The notes under the pieces were generated by a model. That model saw only the letters and a program-made list of their open reading frames with translations, searched no databases and had not been told where the DNA came from. Shown piece after piece: positions 48,128-61,381 of a stretch of 64,000 nucleotides of DNA. Position numbers and translations under genes: made by a program. Positions within the stretch are counted from its first letter, which is position 1. Each line of letters starts with the position of its first letter. The DNA comes from Lepidodermella squamata (taxonomy: Eukaryota; Animalia; Gastrotricha), in the NCBI GenBank assembly GCA_047495785.1, contig JBLDXI010000015.1, forward strand, positions 4,712,001 to 4,776,000, read 5' to 3'.

Positions 48128-51090
48128 ATGTAAATAGTGGAATTATTAAAAAATTAAATCATAATTTTATCGATTTTCCTTTTTCAGGCGTTCCTTTCTC
48201 GTCTTGGCGCTTTTTGCAGCGTCAGCGTTAGCCCAGCAGGGTGAAGATGAGTCACTATCAACCAACCCGAACGAGGACCTAATCAAAGTGTCAATGTGAG
48301 TTGAAATTCAATGGCTGTCGCATTAACCAATTTTGTTCGAAAACATAGGCTACCTGGTGGCGTAACGCCTACTTCGAGCAATGACGATTTACAAATGACT
48401 ATTTACAATTCTCGAGAACTCCCAGAGCTATCGTCTGGTATCCTCGCTACTACAGTTTACAATGTAATCAATCAATTTATAAAAAAAATTATTAAGGTGA
48501 ACTTGAATCTCTGTTTTCTTAGGAATCGTTACATTTAGCGGGTCTTTACCGCACTGCCAGCACTAATGGCGGCTCATTTGCGAGTCGTGTTCGGATCCCG
48601 AACTACGCCATGTTCCGCATCAACCGGACTACCGATGACTCGAGCACGACTGTGATGAAGCGAACTTTTTACTTCAATTACACGAAAGCGCTTTGGGAAG
48701 AGACGATTGACACACCGCTGTACTACATCCGCTCAATAATGGGAATCCACGCCCATTATTCGCGCACATTTTTTCACGCAATTCGCGTGATTCGCAAACA
48801 AACGACGCCGTTCCAAACGTCGAAAACGTTCTTGCTGTCGACGCACCACGTTCGTCTGCTGGAAGACAAGCATTTCAACGAAGATCTCAACCTTAATGCG
48901 CAGCGAGAGCCGGTCCCTACTTCTGAGGGCGTCGATGCATTGTAAGCAATTTTTTTAATATTTTTCTAGTTGACATTGTTATCAACGTTTTGTCTAGTCA
49001 ACGAACTGTCAGTGTGAACGGTGCGGCGGACAGTAGCGATTCAGAGATAGTCATATACTCCAACAGCCCAATTACCTCATCTGCCGTTACCAGCTTGCAA
49101 TTCGTATTCCTAAAGGACGCGACTCAGTCAGATCTGCTCATTCTTCAAACCGTCGCACCATCGAAGGACAAGAGGGTATAATAAAAATCATTTAATAAAT
49201 TTCAACCTAATTGCTCATGGTGTAAATAGTCCGCGCTCGACGAGTTCAAAGAGTTCCAGACAAAGTCGTCCGATTTCACTTCGATTTTGAACTCGCACAC
49301 TATGGCCTGGGAAAAACGCTTCAAGGCTGGCTCGATCGAAGTTGAAGGTAAAATTTTGCTTTAGAAACGCGAATTTTCGATTATTTGAAATTTATTATCA
49401 AATTATGAAGATCGCATCTTGTCCGAAAACAGAGGTTTTAAATTGTTATTCCATTATAGGAACGGGCACTAACGTTGCTAAAATGCGCCGCATGATCAAG
49501 TCGACGCTGTACCAGCTCTACAGCCAATTCCCGTTCCCCGACCGCTACGGCATGACCACGAGTGCGGCTGCTGGCGGATCGGCTTCGACTGCCGAAGACA
49601 TGTCCTTTTACGGCGTCTCAGCTTGCGGGCTAGGTCGCGTCGGCAATTCGAGCAAAAACGCGCGCATCGACTTCGGAGGCCATGTTACACATGAGCAGGA
49701 GCTGTTTGTTTTTCCCGCCATCGCCATGCTCATGCCTGACCGCGCACTTCAAATCTTGTACTACCGCGCGCGCCAGCTGCAAGCAAACCCTCCAGTCCCA
49801 TTTGAGGCTGCCCGAACTGGCGCAACCGTCGAGCCGATCTGGTGCACGCATTGCCAATCGCAAACACACTTTACTACAGGCCTGCTGGGCCTCGCCGTTC
49901 GCCAGTTCCACGCCATTACTCGCAACCAGCAATGGGTCGATTTGGCTCAACGCGGTGGTATGGAGCTCATGGACAAAGTCGCTCGATTTTTCGATCAGAA
50001 GATCCAGAAGAACGCCACCCGAGTCGGCGATTACTACGGGATTTCAGGCGTTGCTGGGCCGGACGAGCAACATCAGGGCCAGAACAATAATTTGTTCACC
50101 AACTCGCTCGCTGCGCTCAATATCCATTACTGGTACTATATGCGGTGCTTAGCAAGTAAGCCTCGTGACGCTGCCTCGGACGCCACGTTGGACCATGCGC
50201 GCCGCCTGGCTTTCGCCTACAACCCAACGAAACAGACTAATGAACAGTTTGAGGGCTACGACAACAACGCCTTGAAGTCGATCTCGCAGTCCGATATGCT
50301 GCTCGCCTACTTCCCGGCCGGTTTCAACATGTCCGGACGGTGGTTAGAGGCCGCCACAGCTCGTCGCCTCAGCAACGACATCAACAAATACGGCCAAGAT
50401 TTCTTGTCGACCGCGCCAACAGCGGTGACGTCGATCCCCGCGACTGCCTTGGCGATTAAAGCCATTCTGCAGATGCAGATCGGCACGAACTCTGAGATTC
50501 AGAACGGCCTTAGCACGTTTGAAAGTTTGAAGGCACATGCCTCGACGCCGTTCCACGTCTGGCGCAATTTGACCGATCGCTACGACGCGTCTGCGGCCGG
50601 GCATATCGGCACAGCGGCGGCTTTTATCAACACACTCATCTACGGCTTCGGTGGGCTTCGAATCCGCCCTCATCGCTTGGATATCCAAAGGCCGAGCCTG
50701 CCGTCTGAAATCACCGCCCTTCACTTCAAGGGGCTGCACTTTTTCGGCGGCGAGTTCGACTATACCGTCATGGCTGACAAGGTACGATTCGCCTCAGTCG
50801 GCGGTTCTTCGTTCAAAACTAGCATGCTATGGCACGATCGCACAACCTTCCGCAGCCAGGCCTTCACTGGATCGGGAGAGTTCACGCTACCCGCGCAGCA
50901 GAGCTCGTCCTCGGTAGACGCCACTAGCTCAGCGGCCTTGTTCAGCATCATGTCGGAGACTAATTTCAACTGTCCGCTGGAAGACCAGAATTACAACAGC
51001 CACAATCCTTACTACCATGCCTCAGCGACTGGCCTTCACTCGAGTCTTCTCGTTCTTGCGATAACTGCAATTGTTGCCAATTTTTTCTAA
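48128..51090 (+). CDS. GH65 glycoside hydrolase (PGGHG/acid trehalase-like) with signal peptide and GPI-type C-terminal tail, multi-exon
   Basis: Spliced N-terminus MRSFLVLALFAASALA; GVAGPDE, NNLFTN, QFEGY, QSDMLL, YGFGGLRI; C-terminal ASATGLHSSLLVLAITAIVANFF. Confidence 0.8.
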
Positions 51091-52119
51091 ACCTAAAACC
51101 GACGTGACCTCTTTATGCCGAGAATGATATAAACAACAAAAATAGCAATCGTCGTTAAAAAAAACCTACCTAGAACTATATTCTTTTACGCCATTCATTT
51201 TGTGCTTCAATGTTTGATTTTAATCAATAATTATTATTGAAATACGCCGCTACATTTCTTCGCGTTTTTTTATACGACTCCAATTATTCTGGTCATTTTT
51301 GGCCGTGAATGTGTTATATATAACAATTTTGTGGCCATGTCACCCGGCAGTCACCCTCCGATATACTGTTTCATTACGGAAATTCACCTTTTGTATCTTC
51401 GCGAGTGTTGTCGTACGAGACATCAGCTTATTTAGCAATATTAAATTATCGTACAGCGCGCGTACGTGTGTGCTGAAATACAATATCATCATTATCTTTA
51501 TTCCTGAAATGAGGCACCATATTTTAATTTTCGGACGCGAGACATGCTGCTGCAATTTTCCACATCGATGTACATATACTTACTACTCATATTTCTGTGT
51601 TGCTGAAGGTGTAAGCGGCCACGGCGGCTGTTAGTTATATCGGAGTCGTGGCTAGGCCAGGTTGATGCTTCTGCATTTTATTATAAATTGTCGCTAGGTA
51701 GTTGTAATGATAATATTAGTAATACCTGACAAGCGTTTACAGTACTGTTCATTTATATTATTATTATATGTGAGACTATTACTACTGACGATGGCGGTTA
51801 CTACACTGAGAAGAAAATAAAGATGTGTGTGAAAGTTTTGCGTGCGCGATTAAAGAAAGCTCGAAGCTCGGCGAACACGATGGCTACGTTTTATAGAGTA
51901 TCAGACCATGCAAGGCTGATGCAGAGCAAAGTTCAAGTAATTTCATGTTTCTTATTTTGTTCGTAGTCTAAAGACAGAACAGAAAAACTGCGCACACAAA
52001 TCGCCAGCACGTGCGTTGCGATCAAAGCTGGCCCGTGCTGCATTCATTCATAACACATTTGCTTCATTTTTAGCGTAGTGTTTTAGCCTAGCTTAATTTA
52101 GCCGTTTCGATCCTTGACA

Positions 52120-53217
52120 ATGACGGTTACCGTTGAGCAAGTACCACAATACAGCAGCTCGATTTGGTTCGATTACGAGCTGACGTTTCCTCATTATGAC
52201 GGTAAAATTAATTGTTTTTTAATTTTAATTTCAATCAAGTTTTTCTTTACTAAAGTCAAGTCATGGATGTTGAAAAACCGATGGATATCAGTCGCGGCCG
52301 GAGCCGTCTATCTCGCGTTATTGTTTATCGGTCGTCGAATGATGCAAGATCGCAAGCCTTTCTCCCTGAGACTGCGTAAATTTACTTGGTCAAAATTGAA
52401 TTAAAATTGTCAAATTATCAATTTTATAGCTCTGGCTTTGTGGAACATCTTCATGGCCGTTTTCAGCATAGCTGTGGCCGTCAAGGTGTGGCCGTATTTT
52501 TTTAAGCGAAGCTTCACGATGCCTTGGTATCCGATGATGTGTTTTATCGAGTACGAAAAAATTCTGCCTCTCCCGTTTTGGCACGATCTCTTTGTCTTGA
52601 CCAAACCCATGGAATTTGTCGACACTTTGTTCATCGTTCTTAGAAAACAACCTCTGGTGAGTTTTTTTTAGACAAGAAAACACACATAATAACACTGAAT
52701 TTCGCCATTTGTTTTAGCATTTTCTTCATTATTACCACCATATTACTGTTGTAATTTTGTGCTGGTTCTCGCTCGGTGTCGAACCTCTTCCTCCGAATGT
52801 GTAAGTTGGAATTTCCTCCATCCAGGCAATACAGTATAATTTTTAATTTGCAGGATTTTTTATGTCGCTTTGAACTCGTTTGTTCACGCCATCATGTATT
52901 CCTACTACTGCCTGCGCTCTGCTCGAATTATGGTCCCTCGCTTTGCTCAAATGGCTATCACTGGTCTTCAAATCTCGCAAATGGTATAGGGTTTTGTTAT
53001 TCCTAAAAATAACCAAATTTTCAATTTATTAATCGTGATTTAGATCATCGGATGCATCATCAACTTTTCAGCCCTCTACTACAAGCTGAGCGGAGCCAAG
53101 TGTGAAGTCTGCTACGAGTCCATATTCCTCGCCCTCGGTATCTACTCGACGTACTTTGTTTTGTTCGCGGACTACTTCCGCAAAGCTTACTTCAGCAAGA
53201 AACCCAAGTCAGCTTAA
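52120..53217 (+). CDS. Very-long-chain fatty acid elongase (ELOVL3/6-like) A, multi-exon
   Basis: KPMEFVDTLFIVLRKQPL, FLHYYHH, NSFVHAIMYSYY, ITGLQISQM, YFVLFADYF. Confidence 0.9.
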
Positions 53218-53387
53218 TTCAACGGTGTGGTCTTCGTTATCGCTTTTGTTTTTTCGCGCCCCCATTTCGGTTATGCGAATCTCTTTTGAGAAGAACTCAT
53301 TTCTTTGAGACATGAGTATGAAAAATAAATGAAAAGCCAAAGACCAAGCACAACCTCGTCGTCTTCTTTATTGCTGCTTATTTTTCA

Positions 53388-54596
53388 ATGACATTGCTCG
53401 GTATTCACAGCAAACGGACAATATTTTCGTTTACTATAGTGGTGGCAATATTAGCCGCTGTCTACTGCTTCAGCCGAGTTTTAATTGTTCCCGAATGTGC
53501 AACTAAAAATGTAGCTGTTCAAACCCGGCCCGAAGAAGTTCAACAGCCTCCAAAATTAGCCCTCGAAGCGGCATTTCCGTCGTTGAAAAATGTTGTAATT
53601 AAGGTGGCTAATAGCTCACTAAAACGAGAGCAGTGTAAATCCGTCAAAGGTCGGCGTATTTTGATCAATTATTCGCACATTATGTATCAGCGGTCCCAAC
53701 AGGTAAGCCTGAACCCCAAAACTCATAGCTGATATCCGCAGATCTGGTTTTTTTTGCAGAGAAATTGTGAATCCGGCTTAGAATTCGGATTTGATATTTG
53801 CATTCAATTCAATCGGTCGTCGATCGACGATTTTTTTGCAGATGTAAATCGGGTTCTAATATCGCGGTACATCCTCGCTGGTTACGCTGTGTGGAAGCCG
53901 TTCATAAGTTGTGAAAATTTAACCCATTTTTTATTTTTATCGAAATTCTTTCAGTTTATAAAACCCTGCTCGAAATGAATGAAGACGACGTTCTGTTTTA
54001 CACCGACTCTGGATCGTTGTTCATCGCCTCGCCAGAAGACCACATTTGCCTTATGGCCGAGCGGCAACAAGACATAGTGGTATTCAGCGCTGGGTTGAAG
54101 GAACGGCAGTATACGAAGCCAGATTCTATGTTGCTCATGGACTGCTCGGAGGCCAACAATTGCTCAAATACAATGCAGCGAATGACGGGGATAGTTATAC
54201 TGCGGAAATCGTTGAAATCTCTAGTTTTTACATCAGCTTGGCTGACTTACAACCAGGATGAGCGCATTGTGAACGAAGCCAGCGATACCGAAATGAATCT
54301 GCCGTCGCAGCCGGTTTTCAACAGATATCTAGCGTTGAGTCCGACGAAGGAAAACAACACTTTTGTCGCTAATCGACACGACCAAACCGTCATGTCCATA
54401 GTTTCTAAACGATTCGGCATTCCTGAGTGGCCAGATCCTAGTTCATATTACGGTAAGCCGTTTTTTCCACCATTTCACCATTCATTGTTCGTCATATTTA
54501 ATAGGTGAAAAAGGATATAACGGAATGCTAAGGCAGCGGGAGGAATTCCAAACTATTCGCCATTCAATCATAACTTTCACTCGAGACAAAAACTGA
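53388..54596 (+). CDS. Type II membrane protein, putative GT-A-fold glycosyltransferase of an uncharacterised family, 4 exons
   Basis: N-terminal TM; AGYAVWKPFIIYKTL, DVLFYTDSG, ERQYTK.D, NRHDQTVMSI, terminal TRDKN. Confidence 0.6.
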
Positions 54597-54674
54597 ATGT
54601 TTCCATAGTATTTATTAGCTTTTAAATGTACATTTTGTGATATTTTTCAATAAATAAATTGATAAAACGTTCAT

Positions 54675-57600
54675 TCAGTCGGCTTTGATAGGCTTGGAAG
54701 ATTCAGTCATCGTAGATAGCGCGGCGGGCTTTGGGCTTGGAGCCATGTAAGTCTTGTAGAAAAACTCACTGAAGAGGACGAAATACGAACCGTAAATAGC
54801 GAGGGCAAGAAGAATCGACTCGTTTGAAGCATCACACGGACGGTTGGCTAGACGATATCCCAAAGCTGCCAAGTTGACAAGTAACCCTGCAACCTGATAA
54901 AATAAAATGTTAAAATGCTGGGGAAAAAGAAAACTGATGCCACAAAATGGTTTTTTGTGTTTTGAAATTTTGCAATTTTCCCGCTTGAATTTGAACATGA
55001 GTGAACAAAGAATACAATTTTCAAACCATTTGAGCTATTTGAAGTATGGTGATGGACATTTGTAGGGGCCGTGGAACCCTGATACGAGCCGATCGTAGAC
55101 AGTAATACGAGTACCTGTGGAAAACGTCAGAGGTGGAAACAGGTCGGAAAATCCCGACCCAACCCGACCGGCGACCCAACCCAAGCCTTAGTCTTCCACC
55201 GGCAACCCAAGCCGGTAGGAGACCGGTGGACCGGCGTCGGTTAACCGGTTTTTTACCGGTTTTTCACCGGTTTCCAAGTAAAAATCCTAATAAAAAGAAA
55301 ATACATTAATCAAGCAATGGCACTCTTTGTCGATCGAAATCTTCTCTTCTCATGTCTCTTCATCTGTCAAAATCAGTGAAAATCGTAATCAGTCAGTAAT
55401 CACCGCTGCAGCTAGTGGCGCTGGCCAAAGATTGTTTACGAACGCCTCTCGGAGGACGACGCAAGCTTCAACGGAATCCGCCGCTAAGCTGCTGCGATCA
55501 GAAGAAACTACATGGCCAGCCGATGAGAAATGCCGCTCGGATTCCGCGCTACTAGCCTGAATGACGTAAATTTGTCGAATCAACCGCGAAATTATTGGAA
55601 AGCGGTCTCTGTTTCGCTGCGAAATAATTATACATACTCTTAAACTATTAAAGCTCATAAAGAAGAAATTAACTCACTTTCCAAAATGGCAGAGGATTCG
55701 ATCTACCCAACTCGTCGCGAGCCGAGAGCAGCTGGAATCTGGATTCGCGATAGTCCTTCAACTCGGCTTTCACGCGAAGTTCGATTGAATCATTTCGCGA
55801 GCTTGGCTCCGGCGCCGGTTCCAAACAACTAACTATCTCGAAAATGTCATTAGCACGTTTCTTTTTTGACACCGGCTCGCTGATGGAGCCATCGTGACTT
55901 GGGGCTTGGAAAGCGGGATCGTCAATAGCCAACTGTTTCGCCAGAAGTACAATGTGATCTACATTCTCAGCCAAAACCTGAAAAACTTCCAGAAATTATA
56001 TTTGTAATCTTTTTTGCCAAAATCTACCGTTTTTCGATAGCTTGCATCATTAATGTAAAGAAGGCCCTTAAATGTAGGATCCAGCTCGCTTGCGAGCATA
56101 TGCAACTTAGCAACACTAGGCCAATATTTCACCAGGAAATTGTTGACCATTTTTCGCTTGAAAACTGCAATCAAATTCGAGTCAGTTGAGCTCGGTGCAC
56201 AAATGACTTCAGTTACGACGTAGTACGAGGGAACGACATACTGCAATGTAGGACAGTCGCTCGCCTCCAACTTGTCAAACACGGCGCTAAATTTAGCCAT
56301 GAACTCGGAAACATCCTTGAGAATTTGCTTCGAAATCGCCTGAACCTTGTATTCCTCATTACGAGCTCTGAGAACGGCGTTCTCCAAAGCATCGTAAGAT
56401 ATCAAAATCGACTCAAGTACCAGGTGATACGAACGCCAAGCACGAGTACCAGAGAAAGATTTGATCGTTCTCGGCAGATCATCCTGAGATATCCCTGAGT
56501 ATTTTATGAAAAGTTATTCAGACCTTAAAATTTCTCAAGACAAAACTATACCGGATTGATTCACGTAGGTCGTCAACGATCGTACACTGGCATCAAAGTT
56601 GCGGAACTCAACAACTTCATCCTTCATCTCCTCCCAGGTATCCTCAATAGCCGTCGCCGAGCGGTGACAAAAGCATGGTAGATTCGTTTCTTCTTTAAGG
56701 GCGAGGACTACGTTAGAGCCGCGGTCAGTAGTCGTGGGCGTATCACCCTCCTTCAGCTTGAACTCCGTGAAGATCTTGTTAACTTCTTTACGAATATTCT
56801 CACCGGTTTTCTTCTCTTCTTCAAACACCTTGCATCTCAGCATCGTGTGTCTCAGCTGGTCTTCTTCCGGCCAGAAAATCGTAAAATCCAAGTAGTAGCG
56901 ATGAACGTAATCGTCGCGCCACAAGTCGAGGGTGCAAGCGACTTCATTTCTGCGAATGAATGGGTCCAGCAAAACCTTGATAGATTCGACAAATGCAACA
57001 AATTTCAAACGCGTGTAGTCGGAAATCGTCTTCCTGCCGAAAAGAAGTTCCGTAACGTCGAAAGCCCCGTGTAACGCTCCTAGATTAGCGAACAGCTGTA
57101 AAAGTTCAACCAGACCCGATTCTTCCACCGTTCGAAAAGAATGCTCGCCACCGACGACAAACTTCGATTGGGCGTCCTTGACTTTGTTTCGCTCGTTGTC
57201 GGTGAACTGAACGTTCTTCTTTCGAGCAAATTTCGTGATAAGTTGTTGACTTTTCGTGCTGTTTGCACTGCTACCTTCGATTTCGCTGTTTGTAGCTTTT
57301 TTGGGACGCATAGCGCATGTACTAACATGTTGACTTGGCGACGAAAGACCGTGATTCTTCCTTTTGCCGTTCGAATCAGGCGGTGAATGCGATCTGTAAG
57401 CCTTGTAGCAATACGCACAAACCACCCAGCCTGGGAAAAAAAGTTACAATAAACTACATTTGATTGCAGTAATCATCTACCATGAAGTTTAATCGGTACA
57501 TCCGGCGCCGTCGCTAAATAATAACCTGGAATACGAAGGTGCTCCCATTCATCTGAACTAGATGGATTAGTCGCCTTCTTGATGCGACAAAACTCGTTCG

Positions 57601-59112
57601 ATTTGCAATTTTTAGTAATATCCGCAGCCGATAATTTGTCGGGATCTTGCTCCACTTCGAAGACTTTCACAGGCACTTCGTTGATCTCGTCGGTGTCGCT
57701 CAAGTCCACAGCATCAGTTGCAGCAGATGCCGCCGAAAAAGCTTCGTAGTCGTCGCTCATTTCCTAACAAAAAAATTGGAAATTTATTCTGCTGGATGAA
57801 TTGAGATTGATTTGAAATGGAGAGTTTTTCACGAACACAACAGCTCAATGTAGTCTACTATCAAGAAAAATCATTCTCAAGGCTGTAACTGGATTTTTAT
57901 TATTGCTTTGCGTGTAATAACATGTGTCCATCTAATAGCTGTTTCTGTTTTACTTCTCGCATTTTTTCAGCAAGGAAGTATTTCCGCATGCGTTAATTAC
58001 AAGCCTTTCGTGCGGCACACTTTTTTCTCCTCCTCGCATTTTCATCAGCAATCAAGTGCTCTAGCATGCTTCATTACACGTTACCCGACCGCCGCGCAGT
58101 AATTTTTTGAGGAATTTATACTGCCGAGGTCATTTCTGCTCCAATTTTTTATTTCCGCTTTACGGATAAAAATTTATGTTTACCGGTCAACCGGTCGGAC
58201 TTTAGCCGACCCATACCCAACCGGCGACCTGACCCAACCGGCAACCGGTCGCTCTACCGGCCGGTCAACCTGACCTGTTTCCACCTCTGGAAAACGTAAA
58301 TTCAGAGCTCAGAAACGAATTTTGGAAGAAGCTGCGTCTTACATTACGGAGTGCACAAATCCATTCAACGAGACGTATAAAATGCTGGAAATGTGAAAAA
58401 TTATCACTTCATCTTTGATTGGTTCTAATATGTTACTTACACATTTGGCGCGCTTACGTCGGGTGTTCCAAGCGAATACCAGCATAAAATAACGACAGTG
58501 ATGTGATGATAATAATGTAGAAAATGCTGAATAGAATTGAATCACAATTAATTAAAATTTTAAATAAAAATGCGGGGTATACGAGATGCTGCTTCCGAAG
58601 AACGATAAATATGGTGTCGATGAATTCCATCGGCTTCGTCAGCACAAAAATATCATGCCAAAACGACAGCGTATACGACAATCTTCGCTCGTAATCGGTG
58701 AAGCAGACTTGCGCGTGTAATGGGAGATTGAGGACGCGAGTCACAAAAAAGGGCGCAACGCGCAAGGTGACCGCCATGCTGAAAAGAGCCATGAAGATGT
58801 TCCAAACAGCCAAAGCTGTGATGCATAACAATTCTAAAATTGCCGAAAAAACTGATGCGTGGAAAGTTTACCTCCTCTGAGCGAGAAAGGCTTTCGGTTA
58901 CTCATCGCTCGCCTTCCAGCGAATAGTGCCACTAGATAGACCACGCCGAACAATATCGACAACCAACGGTACTTAAGCGCCCATGCTTTGATCGCTTCAT
59001 GAGGATTGTTGGCCTCAAAGTCAAACCAAGGTTGCGGCGCCTCCAAAACCTGGTAATTAGCCGGCCATATTGTGGCGTTTAACACCAGGTTCTTCTGCTC
59101 AGCAGCTAGCAT
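54675..59112 (-). CDS. Elongase (ELOVL3/6-like) B, with a hAT transposon in one intron
   Basis: Exons at 58340-59112 (KPMEFIDTIFIVLRKQHL, FLHYYHH, NGFVHSVM) continue at 55114-55026 (YSYYCLRSARI...LQIAQM) and 54892-54675. Confidence 0.88.
55128..58289 (-). mobile_element. hAT-superfamily DNA transposon, apparently full length (3162 bp)
   Basis: Perfect 18-bp TIR CAGAGGTGGAAACAGGTC / GACCTGTTTCCACCTCTG; 8-bp TSD GAAAACGT at 55120-55127 and 58290-58297; subterminal ACCGG and ACCCAACC repeats at both ends. Confidence 0.96.
55389..57760 (-). CDS. hAT transposase, 5 exons
   Basis: BED finger (CAYC...HVSTC), TLDLW, TTDRGSNV, PCFCH, TRAWRS, LDPTFK, dimerization domain PFWK...FP...QASSAESERHFS; exons join in frame through GT-AG introns. 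Confidence 0.9.
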
Positions 59113-59428
59113 TTTTCAATACTTTTTGAAAACTATATTGGATATGCAGGCAAACTACTGAGATCTGCAAGGTGGGCGGAGGCAAAACGTCATTTCTATA
59201 AAAACCAGACAAGACGGCGTCAGATCATTCACGCGCGCGACTGCGCCACACGATCTAATGGGGCCATGGTATGGACTACCACTTGATTTTTCAAAAACAA
59301 ATAACAAATTGGATGAACGGACCAAACAAGAAGCTCGATTATATAACCCGCTAAATTTATTCAAAGTAATTTGAGTATGATTGAGAATCAGAACTCCTTA
59401 GCCCTGTCTTTTTTTATACTCCACGCAT

Positions 59429-60664
59429 CTAGTCGGTTTTGACCGTAGTTGTGGCTGATTTTTTAGCCGGCGCGATGTAGAAGTTGTAGAAGAATTTGGT
59501 GAACAAGTAGAAATAGGACGTATAGATCGCCAGAGCAAGGTAAAGTGACTCAGAGTTGGATTCACATGGCTTGTTAGACATCACGTAGTAAAGTGCAGCT
59601 AGGTTGAGAAACATGCCCACCACCTGGAAAAAGACAGATTTTGCAAGTTCCAATTAAAATGATATTGTTATCTAAATTCACCATCTGGACGATTTGAAGC
59701 GTTGTTATCGACATTTGCAAGGGGCGTGGAACTGAAATGCGAGCTGAACGCAAGCAGTAATACGTGTACCTTGAAATATAGGAGCGCTTCCATTTTTAAT
59801 GGCAGGTAATTTTCTTCAAGGTTCTTACATGACTGAATGCACGAAGGCGTTCAGGAAAACATAAGCAATACTGTAAAATTTGATGAAGGTTATTATTGAA
59901 GATAATATAACAGCTTATAATGAAACTTACACGTTGGGAACGGGATCTACGACACCTAGTGAGTACCAGCCTGATTAGGTAAGCAAAATGTTAAACAAAA
60001 TCCGAGAATCATAAAAGCGCATACAAAGGATGACAACAGTAACATGATGGTACCAGTGGAGGAAGTTCTGTAGGGAATGAAAAAATTACCAGGCATTTTT
60101 TACATGAAAGTAGACTTGGTCTAACCAAATGCTGTTTGCGGAGGATAATGAAAAGAGTGTCAATGAATTCCATCGGCTTCGTGAGCACAAATATGTCTTG
60201 CCAACATAGAAGGACAGGATCAAAGCCGAGTTCACCGGTATGCCTTTCATTTTCGTTGAGACATACGATTCCATGCAAGGTCATTGTTCTGAGTCTTCGC
60301 CAGTAGTAAGGCCCCACACGCACTGTGACAATAATGCTGAAAATCGCCATGAAAATGTTCCAAGCAGCAAGAGCTGTCGAATCAACGCTTTTTAGGGTTC
60401 ATAATTGGACATTTTTCAGTCAATACCTCCGCGTAAAGAAAACGGCTGTCTATTCTCCATAATTTTGCGCCCAATAAAAACTGCGATAACGTAAATTATG
60501 CCAACATATATTGACAAGTGGCGGTTTTGAATGGTCCAATTTTTCAATTCGATATGTGGCCATTCTGCTTCGAATGTGAACAGATCTGAGGGTTCCGGCC
60601 GCTCAATCTTGAAATAGCTTTCGGGCCATTGAAACGCAGCCAATGTGTCGTTGGAAGTATCCAT
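59429..60664 (-). CDS. Elongase (ELOVL3/6-like) C, multi-exon
   Basis: KPMEFIDTLFIILRKQHL, FLHWYHH, NAFVHSVMYTYY, ITTLQIVQM. Confidence 0.9.
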
Positions 60665-61381
60665 CACAATTTTTACAACCTAAACCAGCTCCAACTACCT
60701 AAACATATTTTTGCGTAAAACCAGTTAAATTTAGTAATATGCTCCAAAAACATCCTAAATTTTCTGCTAGTTACATTTGAAGGTCTGGCTTAAAAGGGGA
60801 TGATTTTTGACGTAGTCCGGTCTATCTATGTATAACGTGGATGAAGACTAAAGACAGCCTAGTCGGCTGATCGAGAGGACAGATGCGCTATACGGTGATT
60901 TGCGCATATAATTGGCACTCTATTCTTCAGACTCTGAAGAAAAACGTATCCTTACTTTCGTGCCATCGTGGGTGGGAAATTGTATTAAATCAAGAAAATA
61001 CGACAAATAGGTGATACGACTGGTTTTATATCTGTTGAAGCTCGCTCATTAGACAGATCAGCGGCAAAACAGACGTCCCAGCGGCTAGTCACGCTTTCAA
61101 ATCGAGGATTGGCATAATATAGCTGAAGCGCCGACGCCTTCACCTGGTATGTCTATAGAGAATAACGCAAACAATATTAGCACTAAATCTTCGCCAATAT
61201 ATTGAGATGTAGTCCAGCCAATTAGTTATCTGGGATTAACATTTGACATCGCACCGGGTCGCAAAAAATCCGCGTTGTCCTGTTCTCTTAAGGCTTTTAT
61301 TTTCATCTCTAAAGCTCTGCTATGTATACTGGTATTGAGATCTTTGCCTATAATAAAAATGACATCGGCATTCCGGAGAAA

